Shown here: in pieces, positions 17,496 to 26,147 of the stretch
Layout: each line of letters starts with the position of its first letter
How positions within the stretch are numbered: position 1 is the stretch's first letter
Assembly: GCA_023264445.1 (NCBI GenBank)
Contig: JAHFMN010000001.1
Span: 177,878-241,877, forward strand
Reading direction: 5' to 3'
Source of the DNA: Candidatus Kaiserbacteria bacterium
Lineage (GTDB): Bacteria; Patescibacteriota; Minisyncoccia; Phycocordibacterales; Phycocordibacteraceae
DNA: 64,000 nt
Notes under the pieces: generated by a model
Databases searched by the model: none
Seen by the model: only the letters and a program-made list of their open reading frames with translations
Told to the model about the DNA's origin: nothing
Translations under genes and position numbers: made by a program

Positions 17496-18626
17496 CTACC
17501 TTTGACCGCTACTGTCAATAAACGACACCTCGCGCGCAAGCGTCTTCGCAAAACGTGTTAATTCACTGCGCTTGACGCCCGGTCCCCAGGAGATTCGCAA
17601 GGTCGCGCGAGCACGTTCATGGTCGCCAGTCAGGGTGAACACTGCCCGTGAGCCCTCCTCTGAATCCGTTTCGCATGCGCTCTTCGTCGAGACGGCGAAT
17701 CCTTTTTCATCGAGAAGCGCCACCAGATAGTCGGTGTCGCGGTCCATGAACGAAAGATTAAGGATATGTGGTGCCTGCGCGCGACCTTCATTTATAAAGA
17801 CACGCGGAATATCATGCATCACTGTCTCCATGAATTCTGCACGCATTGACGCGGCAGAGATGCGAAATGCTTCCCGACTGGCCGCGGCCGCGCGGAGCGC
17901 GGCCGCGAACTTCGCCGCACGTTCTGGCGCTTCGCTCCCTGGACGAAGTCCTCGTTCCTGCCCGCCGCCTTTATATAGAGGAATAAGCGGAATAGTGCGA
18001 TGTGCGATAAGAGCGCCAATACCGCGAAGTGCACCTACTTTTGAACCATCAAACGTAAGGAGGTCCGCACCGAAGTGCGCGCGAAGCATCTTCTCGGTGA
18101 GAGCTGCTTGGCTGGCGTCCACATGCAAGAGTACGTCCGGCCCGATTGCATGCTTCACCTCTCTCGTATTCCAGATAACACCCGTCTCGCCGCAGACTGC
18201 ATCCATTGAGACAAGGAATGTTTCCTTCCGGAGCATTTTTGTGAGCTGCTCGATATCAACCTGAGCATCGCGTATCGGCAACTCCTCTATGGCAACACCT
18301 TCTTCGGCGAGTAATTTCATATTCTCCACCACCGACGCATGCGCGCTTGGCAGGTAGAGAGCGTGAATCTTGCCTGTGCCTCGCGCGCTTCGTGCGCGAG
18401 CGGACCCCAGTATTGCAAGAGCATTCGCTTCCGTCGCCCCACTTGTGAAGATAATATCGTCGCTCTGCACTTCAAGAAGCCGTGCAATGCTCGTACGCGC
18501 CTCTTCAAGCACCTGCTTCGCATGCCTTCCTTCCTCGTGAGGTGAAGACGGATTACCTCTTACGCCAGCGGCGTTATCAAGATATGTTCTTGCTTCCTTA
18601 ATTCGTTGCCACCACATTAATTTCAT
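17496..18626 (-). CDS. Cysteine desulfurase (IscS/NifS-like)
   Basis: YLDNAA, GNPSS.H, FTSGATEAN, HVDASQ, GGGQE and SAC motifs. Confidence 0.88.
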   Translation of the reverse strand: MKLMWWQRIKEARTYLDNAAGVRGNPSSPHEEGRHAKQVLEEARTSIARLLEVQSDDIIFTSGATEANALAILGSARARSARGTGKIHALYLPSAHASVVENMKLLAEEGVAIEELPIRDAQVDIEQLTKMLRKETFLVSMDAVCGETGVIWNTREVKHAIGPDVLLHVDASQAALTEKMLRAHFGADLLTFDGSKVGALRGIGALIAHRTIPLIPLYKGGGQERGLRPGSEAPERAAKFAAALRAAAASREAFRISAASMRAEFMETVMHDIPRVFINEGRAQAPHILNLSFMDRDTDYLVALLDEKGFAVSTKSACETDSEEGSRAVFTLTGDHERARATLRISWGPGVKRSELTRFAKTLAREVSFIDSSGQR

Positions 18627-18646
18627 TCTAGCGTAATTTGACAGAA

Positions 18647-18868
18647 TCAGCTCTTTTTCTTACCCTTTGTATGGTCCGATCCCGGCGCTGGCCGCTTCTT
18701 CTCTGAAGTCCTCGGGCGAGGCTTCATCGTTGGAGCTTTCGCTGGCACCTCCCTAGCCGGGATCGGATGCAGTTCTGTACCGTACCTTTGTTTCAAAATC
18801 TGACATCGTTCGGAAATACCGAGCGGTGTTTTCATTTCATAGGGCCAGAGCAATTGCACATAAGTCAT
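18647..18868 (-). CDS. Small basic hypothetical protein
   Basis: 73-aa ORF in the intergenic gap; no recognisable motif. Confidence 0.3.
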   Translation of the reverse strand: MTYVQLLWPYEMKTPLGISERCQILKQRYGTELHPIPAREVPAKAPTMKPRPRTSEKKRPAPGSDHTKGKKKS

Positions 18869-18891
18869 TTTTGTGATGAAATAGAGCCATT

Positions 18892-20361
18892 ATGGCGCGG
18901 CAGACACGACCGCCCATCATCGCGGTGATGGGCCATATAGACCACGGCAAGTCTTCCCTTCTCGATTACATCCGAAAGGCGAATATCGTTGCCGGCGAAG
19001 CGGGAGGCATCACCCAGCATGTCGCCGCCTACATAGCGCTCCACAACGACCGCGCCGTCACCTTCCTGGACACGCCCGGGCATGAGGCATTCAAGACACT
19101 GCGTACGCGCGGTGCGGCTGCCGCCGACATTGCCATTCTCGTCGTTGCTGCGGACGAAGGCGTGATGCCGCAGACCCTTGATGCCCTCGCCGCGATTAAG
19201 GAGGCAGGAATCCCTTTCATAGTCGCCATCACAAAAATAGATAAGAACAATGCGGATATTGACCACACGAAAAATTCTTTGCTTGAGCACGAGATATTTA
19301 TTGAAGGCATGGGCGGCGACATTCCCTATGCACTCGTTTCCTCCAAGACAGGCGAAGGCATACCAGGACTTCTTGATCTGGTTCTCCTCGCTTCCGATCT
19401 CGCTGAGGTAACCGCCGACCCCTCACTTCCCGCAACTGGTTTCGTACTAGAGTCTACACAAGACCCAAAACGCGGTGCTTCCGCGACGCTTATCGTAAAG
19501 GACGGCACGCTCACGCTTGAAGGATTCGTCGTTGCAGGTGATGCGTATGCACCGATACGCTTCATTGAAGACTTCCGCGGCAAGCGAATTGAACAAGCAG
19601 GGCCCTCAGAGCCAGCGCGCATTTCCGGATTCAGCAAGTTGCCCGCAGCCGGTTCGCTTTTCAGCATCGCACAAACAAAAAAGGAAGCCGAAGCACGTGC
19701 GCAGACAAATGCAAAAGAACTCGCAGTGGGGCCTGAACGCAGTGCGGCGGTGGAGGGTATCGTCGAGCTTCCGCTTGTGGTGAAGGCGGACGTCGCCGGC
19801 TCCGTCGATGCTATCGAACATGAACTCGCAAAGATAACCCACGAGCGCGCTTCCATCCGCATCGTTTCTTCGGGCGTAGGATCCATCTCGGAAAATGACG
19901 TCAAGCTTGCGCATGCTTCGGGTGCGATCATCATCGCATTCAATGTCGGGACAGATGCCATTGCCCGCGAGCTTGCCGAACGCGATGCGATTACCATTGA
20001 GACGTTTTCCATCATTTATGAATTATCAGCGAAGGTAGTGGAGCTGCTTGCACAGCGCGTGCCGAAGGTAGCGAGCGAGCAAGAGCTCGGACGCGCGCGC
20101 ATATTGAAGCTGTTTTCTTCAGGTGCGAAGAAGCAGGTACTCGGCGCGCGCCACACATCAGGCATACTTACCGTCGGTAATCGCGTGAAGATACTGCGGG
20201 GCGAGATTGAAGTCGCACGAGGAAGCATCAAGAACCTCCAGCAGGCGCGGGCGGATGTAAAGGAGATAAAAACCGAGGGTGATTTCGGTACTGAAATCGA
20301 AGCACGCGAGCACGCCGCTCCGGGCGATGATCTCGTCGCCTTTACCATCATCGAATCATGA
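18892..20361 (+). CDS. infB: Translation initiation factor IF-2 (short form)
   Basis: [22 protein letters not shown] and TKIDK motifs. Confidence 0.95.
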   Translation: MARQTRPPIIAVMGHIDHGKSSLLDYIRKANIVAGEAGGITQHVAAYIALHNDRAVTFLDTPGHEAFKTLRTRGAAAADIAILVVAADEGVMPQTLDALAAIKEAGIPFIVAITKIDKNNADIDHTKNSLLEHEIFIEGMGGDIPYALVSSKTGEGIPGLLDLVLLASDLAEVTADPSLPATGFVLESTQDPKRGASATLIVKDGTLTLEGFVVAGDAYAPIRFIEDFRGKRIEQAGPSEPARISGFSKLPAAGSLFSIAQTKKEAEARAQTNAKELAVGPERSAAVEGIVELPLVVKADVAGSVDAIEHELAKITHERASIRIVSSGVGSISENDVKLAHASGAIIIAFNVGTDAIARELAERDAITIETFSIIYELSAKVVELLAQRVPKVASEQELGRARILKLFSSGAKKQVLGARHTSGILTVGNRVKILRGEIEVARGSIKNLQQARADVKEIKTEGDFGTEIEAREHAAPGDDLVAFTIIES

Positions 20362-20717
20362 TTCCCAGGAGAGAAACGGGAGGCGGGCGCTCCTCGCAGA
20401 ATCGCGCACTAGAAATCGTGGCGCGCGAGGCGGCGCAGTTTATCGCCCGCGAGGCCGGAACTGAATCGCTTATCACAGTTATCCGTGCAGAAAGTGCCGC
20501 GCATGGCCCCAAAGGGGCCCCCTTCGGGGGCGAACGCATGATGGTCTTCGTAAGTGTCTTCCCTGTAGAGAAGGCTCAGGCGGCGCTTGCCTTTCTGGAA
20601 CGCCAACGTGAAGCGTTCTCGGATTATTTAAAAACGCATGCGCGACTGCGCCTCCCACGCATCGACTTCCTCCTTGATAACGGCGAGCAGTCGCTTTCGG
20701 AAGGAAGCGTACAGTAG
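20358..20717 (+). CDS. rbfA: Ribosome-binding factor A with an in-frame palindromic insert
   Basis: Follows infB; LITV...VFVSV...PRIDFLLD pattern. Confidence 0.75.
   Translation: MIPRRETGGGRSSQNRALEIVAREAAQFIAREAGTESLITVIRAESAAHGPKGAPFGGERMMVFVSVFPVEKAQAALAFLERQREAFSDYLKTHARLRLPRIDFLLDNGEQSLSEGSVQ
20505..20531. repeat. Double mini-hairpin inside rbfA
   Basis: GGC-CCCAAAGGG-GCC-CCCTTCGGG-GGC. Confidence 0.6.
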
Positions 20718-20731
20718 TATCATCTAGCGAC

Positions 20732-20803
20732 GGCCCGGTGGTGAAGTGGTAACACAGCGGTCTGCAAAACCGCGATGCGCGGGTTCAATTCCCGCCCGGG
20801 CCT
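20732..20803 (+). tRNA. tRNA-Cys(GCA)
   Basis: Cloverleaf, anticodon GCA, U discriminator. Confidence 0.95.
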
Positions 20804-20833
20804 CAAGCACGAAACGTTGTATCCTGGAGAAAT

Positions 20834-20922
20834 GCCGAGGTGGCGGAATGGTAGACGCACAGGACTTAAAATCCTGAGAGAGCCTAAAAACTCTCATGTG
20901 AGTTCGAGTCTCACTCTCGGTA
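20834..20922 (+). tRNA. tRNA-Leu(TAA)
   Basis: Cloverleaf with a long variable arm; CAGGA-CT-TAA-AA-TCCTG. Confidence 0.93.
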
Positions 20923-20939
20923 CTGATATAGTAGTGAAC

Positions 20940-21779
20940 ATGATGCCTGACGCAATTTGCTATTTCAATGGTTCCTTGGTGCCTTTAAAAGACGCCCGGG
21001 TGAGTCTCATAGACCTCGGGCTTACGCGCGGTTTCGGTATCTACGAGGGCATCACCGCGTTTCAGGGTGAACCGTTCCGCTTCAGCGATCATTGGAAACG
21101 GTTTGAAAATTCTGCACGAGCGCTTCGCCTCTCCCTTCCCTTCTCCGAACAGGAAGTGCTTGAAGCGATGCGTGCAGTCATCGCCGCCAACTCCCCTGGA
21201 GCACGCGCGACGATCCGGATGATTCTTACGGGAGGAGAGGCCGATGGCGGCATTGAGCACGTTGTGGGGCGCGAGACGATCTTCATCACTGCTGAACCAG
21301 CAGTGCCGCTCCCGGAAGCGTTTTACACAAAGGGTGCGTCCATGCAGACGCATGAGCATCAACGATTCCTGCCGGAATACAAAACAACGAATTACATCAC
21401 CGCCGTGCTTCTGCAACAAAAGCGGAAGGAAGCGGGCGCAGTCGAAATATTGTATATCGCAAACGACTCCGTGCTTGAATGCACCGGCAGTAATGTCTTC
21501 ATTGTGAAAGATGGACGGCTCATAACGCCAAAGGATGGCATACTGCACGGCATCACGCGCAAGGTCGCCCTGGAGCTCGCGCAAGGTGCGTATCCGGGAG
21601 AGGAACGTGTAATACCGCTTGATGAACTATTCGACGCAGATGAAGTGTTCATCACCTCGTCGTTTAAAGATATCGTGCCCATCATCACTGTGGATGGAAA
21701 GACTATCGGCTCCGGAGCGCCAGGTCCGATTACTCTTGATTTGATGAAGCGCTTCGCGGAATACGCAAAAACATATTGA
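20940..21779 (+). CDS. Class IV aminotransferase (D-amino-acid/branched-chain type)
   Basis: RGFGIYE, KTTNY, ECTGSNVF, ILHGITR and EVFITSS motifs. Confidence 0.88.
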   Translation: MMPDAICYFNGSLVPLKDARVSLIDLGLTRGFGIYEGITAFQGEPFRFSDHWKRFENSARALRLSLPFSEQEVLEAMRAVIAANSPGARATIRMILTGGEADGGIEHVVGRETIFITAEPAVPLPEAFYTKGASMQTHEHQRFLPEYKTTNYITAVLLQQKRKEAGAVEILYIANDSVLECTGSNVFIVKDGRLITPKDGILHGITRKVALELAQGAYPGEERVIPLDELFDADEVFITSSFKDIVPIITVDGKTIGSGAPGPITLDLMKRFAEYAKTY

Positions 21780-21814
21780 AGCGAGTGCGTTCATCGTGTA
21801 CTGTTCAAAGCATT

Positions 21815-21893
21815 GCGCCTATATGTAAGCATATATGCGCTGCGTTCGGCGCAAAAGAATGTTAGATTACTAACGTTCTTTTGACCTCACTTT
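21815..21893 (+). repeat. 79-nt tRNA-leader module A (before tRNA-Lys)
   Basis: GCGCCTAT-ATGTAAGCAT-ATATGCGC-..CGTTCGG-[14-bp hairpin]-CCTCACTT, then a tRNA starting GCGCCTAT. Confidence 0.8.
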
Positions 21894-21966
21894 GCGCCTA
21901 TAGCTCAGTTGGTAGAGCAGCTCCCTCTTAAGGAGACGGTCCCTGGTTCGAGCCCAGGTAGGCGCA
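21894..21966 (+). tRNA. tRNA-Lys(CTT)
   Basis: Cloverleaf, anticodon CTT; G27-A43 mismatch. Confidence 0.93.
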
Positions 21967-21998
21967 CAAAAGGGTTCGACTTGCTATAGTTTCAATAC

Positions 21999-22077
21999 GC
22001 TGGGGTATGTAAGCATACTCCAGTCTCGTTCGGGCGATGAGGAAGAATGAAGACATTCTTCCTCATTCCCTCACTTC
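21999..22077 (+). repeat. 79-nt tRNA-leader module B (before tRNA-Leu)
   Basis: GCTGGGGT-ATGTAAGCAT-ACTCCAGT-..CGTTCGG-[13-bp hairpin]-CCTCACTT, then a tRNA starting GCTGGGGT. Confidence 0.8.
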
Positions 22078-22159
22078 GCTGGGGTGGCGAAATTGGTAGA
22101 CGCACTAGCCTTAGGAGCTAGCGGGGCAACCCATGGAGGTTCGAGTCCTCTCCCCAGCA
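22078..22159 (+). tRNA. tRNA-Leu(TAG)
   Basis: CTAGC-CT-TAG-GA-GCTAG anticodon arm, variable arm and T-arm. Confidence 0.95.
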
Positions 22160-22255
22160 CTTGACTTTTCTATAGTTTCGTGTATTATAGTGTGCAGTAA
22201 CAAGGTCTTTTCATTGCAATTCCCAATCAACGTCGATGAGACAGGAGAGATAATC

Positions 22256-23215
22256 ATGACACCGATCGAAAACTTCATTCAGGCTTTCGCGAGCCGGAAA
22301 GCATTCTTCTTCTTCTTCGTGTCCGTGTGCGCAGGACTTATCATCGTCACTGCAATCACGATTCCCGCAGCGTTCTTTCTCAAGCACTATTTGGTGCTGG
22401 GACTTGGTCTCGGGACGGCTTTATGGCTGTACTCAAATGGGAAGGTATTGAAGTTCTTCATGGTTTCGGTTCCTGAAGTAACGGGACTCGTAGCTGTCAA
22501 CCTCCTTACAGGAGATATGAACGCCTACGGGACGGGACTCCATTTCCGTTTCCCATGGGAACAAGTCAAGGAGAGCAACTATATCAATCTGCGGACGATG
22601 AAAACGGACGACAAGCAGGAGACATTTCCCTGCAAAGACGGTCCCGTTATCATCGTTAAGTGGTCGCTCCAGTACCGTTCGTCGGTGGAACAATTGCCTG
22701 CCTATATCGCGGTTGACGAAGAGACCATCAACAAGGGTCTCAACGAGGTGGCAAGCAGTTTCCTAGCCCTCAAGATTCGTGACATGAACTCGGAAGAAAT
22801 CCGAGAGAGGGCAAAAAAAGCCGAGCTCGAGGAAGATCTGTTTAAGCACTTCCGGGAAGAAGCCACCGTCCCGATAAAGATGTCAGACGGGTCAACGGGC
22901 AAGGAAGAGCTGGAGGCGTTCTACGGCATCAGCATCATGTTGGTCACCATCGCCGACGTTGATTTCGAGGTGGACTACCAGAAGGCCCGCTCGACCGATC
23001 AGGTCATGAAAAAGTACAAGGAAACGGCCGAGGCGATCAAGCAGGGCGACGGCAGTATCACAAGCAAGGATGCCCTTGACGGTGTCTTGATGGTTGCTGG
23101 TAAAGGGGTAACGAAAAACGTGATTCAGGAAACCAAGGTGCTGGACGTCACCCCTGCGCTTGCAGACGTTCTGAAAGCAGTGGCAGGAGCATTCTCAAGC
23201 CGCGAAAGGAGCTGA
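22256..23215 (+). CDS. SPFH/band-7 domain membrane protein
   Basis: Two N-terminal TM helices; GLHFRFPWEQV; YGI.I..V.IADVD; AGGAGA SD. Confidence 0.7.
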   Translation: MTPIENFIQAFASRKAFFFFFVSVCAGLIIVTAITIPAAFFLKHYLVLGLGLGTALWLYSNGKVLKFFMVSVPEVTGLVAVNLLTGDMNAYGTGLHFRFPWEQVKESNYINLRTMKTDDKQETFPCKDGPVIIVKWSLQYRSSVEQLPAYIAVDEETINKGLNEVASSFLALKIRDMNSEEIRERAKKAELEEDLFKHFREEATVPIKMSDGSTGKEELEAFYGISIMLVTIADVDFEVDYQKARSTDQVMKKYKETAEAIKQGDGSITSKDALDGVLMVAGKGVTKNVIQETKVLDVTPALADVLKAVAGAFSSRERS

Positions 23216-23217
23216 AC

Positions 23218-23661
23218 ATGACCACAAGAGCAAAACCGAAGGAAATTGTCGCTGAGAGTCAGAAGATTTTCGGCGTCGTGGAAAAGGGTTCCACGTGGAT
23301 TGCACTTCCGCTTGCGGTCGTAACCATCCTTGCTGTGATCATCTGGGAGCCGGGCACTCCGTCTAAGCCTCCCGAACGTGCAACGCGTTCAGAGGTTCCG
23401 CTCGCGAGTGCGCCGCGGTCGACGTGGCTGAAACTCGTTGTGGATCCCGGAGGAACTTCCAAACGGATACCGCTACCGCTTCGCATGCATCATATCGTGG
23501 TTGCTGGAAACAAGTATCAGCTTCACACGGTATATGCAGACGGACGTGAGTGTGCTTCGTTCGGTAAGGAGACGTGTCCCGAAGGAGCAGTCACGGAATA
23601 CTACGTGACGAACGAGGCACAGGACAAAGACATCCTTTCCTATGCTTTTGTCTCGAAGTAA
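23218..23661 (+). CDS. Hypothetical single-TM protein
   Basis: AAGGAG SD, coupled to the upstream gene, followed by a terminator. Confidence 0.6.
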   Translation: MTTRAKPKEIVAESQKIFGVVEKGSTWIALPLAVVTILAVIIWEPGTPSKPPERATRSEVPLASAPRSTWLKLVVDPGGTSKRIPLPLRMHHIVVAGNKYQLHTVYADGRECASFGKETCPEGAVTEYYVTNEAQDKDILSYAFVSK

Positions 23662-23683
23662 GTTCTTTGCTGGAAGTCCAGCG

Positions 23684-23721
23684 CAAAAGCCGACCGATTC
23701 CCGGTCGGCTTTTTTCTTTTT
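23684..23721. terminator. Bidirectional terminator
   Basis: AAAAGCCGACCG-ATTCC-CGGTCGGCTTTTTT between convergent genes. Confidence 0.8.
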
Positions 23722-24003
23722 CTACTGACCGCCTATGGTCCCGGGAGTAAGCGCAGGCAGACTGAAAGAACCGAGCGCGATATTGATAACGCCGTATGCG
23801 CCGAAGATGATGACAAGTCCCAAAAGACCCCAGAGAATGGCGCGGCGACCTTCTACGCGCTTCGTTTCATCGCCAGCACCCTTGATGAATTCAAACACAC
23901 CCCAGAGGAAGACGACGAACGCCGCTGCTGCCAGAAGCAGGATAATGGGATTAATTATCTGAACGACGACCCTCGAGAGAAACGAGTTGAGAGCGTCAAA
24001 CAT
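23722..24003 (-). CDS. VirB2/TrbC-like pilin
   Basis: FVVFLWGV....GRRAILWGLLGLVII two-TM pattern. Confidence 0.75.
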   Translation of the reverse strand: MFDALNSFLSRVVVQIINPIILLLAAAAFVVFLWGVFEFIKGAGDETKRVEGRRAILWGLLGLVIIFGAYGVINIALGSFSLPALTPGTIGGQ

Positions 24004-24389
24004 TAGTGAACCTGGACACCAGCTGAAGGAGTACCGCCTGTAGGGCCGGTATTGTTGCCGAAGCTGACCGTGCCGCTAAAGATATTCACGAGGCCCCAGA
24101 CGGAGACCATCACGAAGAAACCGATAAGGCCCCAAAGCATGAGATTCTTACCCTTCTCCTTCACGTCCTCACTATTTGCTCCCCAGATAAACGTCTCAAA
24201 AGCACCCCAGAGGAAGACGATGAACGCCACCGCGAAGAGGACCGGGACGAGGATATTGTTGATGGTATTGATGACGAAGGAACCGACATCGGAGACATTG
24301 CTGATGGCGGCAGACGAGACGAGCGGCAGCGCAAGAGCTGCGAGCGTTCCGGAAGTAAGGGCAGTAACTTTTATCAGAGCTTTTTTCAT
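24003..24389 (-). CDS. VirB2/TrbC-like pilin
   Basis: Signal peptide; FIVFLWG....GKNLMLWGLIGFFVMVSVWGLVNI. Confidence 0.75.
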   Translation of the reverse strand: MKKALIKVTALTSGTLAALALPLVSSAAISNVSDVGSFVINTINNILVPVLFAVAFIVFLWGAFETFIWGANSEDVKEKGKNLMLWGLIGFFVMVSVWGLVNIFSGTVSFGNNTGPTGGTPSAGVQVH

Positions 24390-24472
24390 AGTAAGGGTAA
24401 GTGGATAACGCTGTTATTGTATCGCCCCTAGGGGCAGGGTCAATCGTGCTCCGAGGATTTGTGTGGACAATC

Positions 24473-24964
24473 CTAGATCCTCGGCGCCGGAGGCGCGTTG
24501 TTGCTCACCCCCGTAGCGGGAATGAGGGTACCCTTCACGATATTGACGAGTCCCCACAAGGAGCCAATGATGACGAAACCGATAACGCCCCAAAGGACGA
24601 ACTGCCGACCGGATTTGCGGTCTTCGTCGCTGGCAGCGCCAAGGATGAAATATTTGTAGACACCGTAGAGGAAGACAATGAAGGAAACGGCGATGAGAAT
24701 GGGGACAAGGATTTCGTTAATGAACGACGTAATGAGATCTTTGTAAAAAGTAGCCCATTGTAGGTTCGCACTGCCCGCGCCTGTCGTACTATCTGGCTGG
24801 CAGATACCGGAAACGTTGCAGTGACCGGCCACTGAAGATTGGATGCACTGATTCCCTGTCGCACCGGGATAATCGCAACTTGCATCAACCGCGAAGGCCG
24901 CAATTGGGGCGCCGAAGGCACCTATAAGCGTGAAGAGTGCTACGAGTCTCGAGATTTTTTTCAT
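24473..24964 (-). CDS. VirB2/TrbC-like pilin with a 4-Cys N-terminal domain
   Basis: Signal peptide, Cys-rich segment, then FIVFLYGV....GRQFVLWGVIG..SLWGLVNI. Confidence 0.75.
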   Translation of the reverse strand: MKKISRLVALFTLIGAFGAPIAAFAVDASCDYPGATGNQCIQSSVAGHCNVSGICQPDSTTGAGSANLQWATFYKDLITSFINEILVPILIAVSFIVFLYGVYKYFILGAASDEDRKSGRQFVLWGVIGFVIIGSLWGLVNIVKGTLIPATGVSNNAPPAPRI

Positions 24965-24975
24965 AGTGTAGTGAT

Positions 24976-25413
24976 TTAGAACGACCTCGGAGTCGGGGGC
25001 GCGTACGAGCCGGCGAGGCCGAAGGTGTTCGCGACGACGTTGACCAGCCCCCAGAGCGATACCATGACGACGAAACCGATAATACCCCAGAGGATAAGCT
25101 TATGTCCGCGCTTGACTGCCTCTTCATCCCCCCTACTGAATATGTAGGCATCCGCGACGCCATACAGGAAGACGATGAATGCCAGAGCGAAAAGCACTGG
25201 TACGAGTATGCCGTTGATGATGTAGAGGATATTCTGTGCGACGCCGCAGATAGTGGTCGTGCAGACGCCGAAGCCGGTACCGGCGTTATAAAAGATGCCC
25301 CAGGTTCCCCCGGAATTTTGTTGAACAATCCCTACACCCTGCGCGAGCGCAGCTACCGGAGTAAAGGCGGCGAGAAATGCGAGAGCGGTGCGGGTGATTG
25401 ATGTAGTAGTCAT
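24976..25413 (-). CDS. VirB2/TrbC-like pilin
   Basis: Signal peptide; FIVFLYGV....GHKLILWGIIGFVVMVSLWGLVNV. Confidence 0.75.
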   Translation of the reverse strand: MTTTSITRTALAFLAAFTPVAALAQGVGIVQQNSGGTWGIFYNAGTGFGVCTTTICGVAQNILYIINGILVPVLFALAFIVFLYGVADAYIFSRGDEEAVKRGHKLILWGIIGFVVMVSLWGLVNVVANTFGLAGSYAPPTPRSF

Positions 25414-25434
25414 AGATAGGGTAAGTATGACACG

Positions 25435-25722
25435 TCAGGCAGCAGGTGCGACGCCGAGCGTGGATAACAGTATATTCACGAATCCCCAGACCGAAAAGAG
25501 AACTACCATCCCGATAAGGCCCCAGAGGACGAAGTACCGCCCTTCCGCTCGCTTCTTCTCATCGTCGACGTGGAGGAAGAAATAGTTCATAATGCCCCAG
25601 ACGAATGCCGCGAAAGCGAAGGCAAAAATGACGGGCACAACGAAGTTGTTAACCAAACCGATGATGCCGGTATTGCCGCTTCCAACCCAATCCTTGAAGC
25701 TCGTGCCGCCAGAGAGATTCAT
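25435..25722 (-). CDS. VirB2/TrbC-like pilin
   Basis: Start MNLSGG at 25722; FVWGIM....GRYFVLWGLIG..SVWGFVNI. Confidence 0.7.
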   Translation of the reverse strand: MNLSGGTSFKDWVGSGNTGIIGLVNNFVVPVIFAFAFAAFVWGIMNYFFLHVDDEKKRAEGRYFVLWGLIGMVVLFSVWGFVNILLSTLGVAPAA

Positions 25723-25724
25723 AA

Positions 25725-26147
25725 TTAGCCGCCAAGCGCTTGCACAGTTGCCTTGATGGCCATGGCTATCGCCTGCGACCCGAGCAATACAAGGGAGCCA
25801 ATAACCGTCCAGAGAAGTGCTTTTCGTGCTTCGATAATCTTCGTTTCGTTCCCTTGTGCAACGACAAATAGGTACCCCACATACACCACCATCAGGACGA
25901 CGACGATGCTGCCGATTCGAATCACGAAGGCAAGAATGTTGAGGAGAAATGATTCCAAGCAATTTCCATTACTCTGGCTACAATCGACTCCACTCAATGG
26001 GTTAATGAGGCGAATGCTGGAACCGTTATTACTTCCGCCTCCACTCGTAACGGTCTGATTATTTCCGCCTCCACTCGTAACGGTCTGGGCAAATGCGAAG
26101 GGGGCAAATGCGAGAAAGAAAATAGCAATGATGAAAGAGCGTGTCAT
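25725..26147 (-). CDS. VirB2/TrbC-like pilin
   Basis: Signal peptide, duplicated QTVTSGGG, LINPL motif, ARKALLWTVIG. Confidence 0.75.
   Translation of the reverse strand: MTRSFIIAIFFLAFAPFAFAQTVTSGGGNNQTVTSGGGSNNGSSIRLINPLSGVDCSQSNGNCLESFLLNILAFVIRIGSIVVVLMVVYVGYLFVVAQGNETKIIEARKALLWTVIGSLVLLGSQAIAMAIKATVQALGG

Noticed and set aside
18647-18868. Small basic ORF as a possible ribosomal protein (e.g. L28)
   Set aside because: No recognisable ribosomal protein motif; kept only as a low-confidence hypothetical.
20775-20939. N-terminal extensions of ORFs at 20775, 22133, 45679, 12836, 35150 and 27445-28194
   Set aside because: They run through tRNA genes or opposite-strand genes; downstream ATGs fit the protein families.
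26032-26086. Tandem duplication encoding QTVTSGGG twice
   Set aside because: A simple in-frame duplication in a low-complexity pilin linker.
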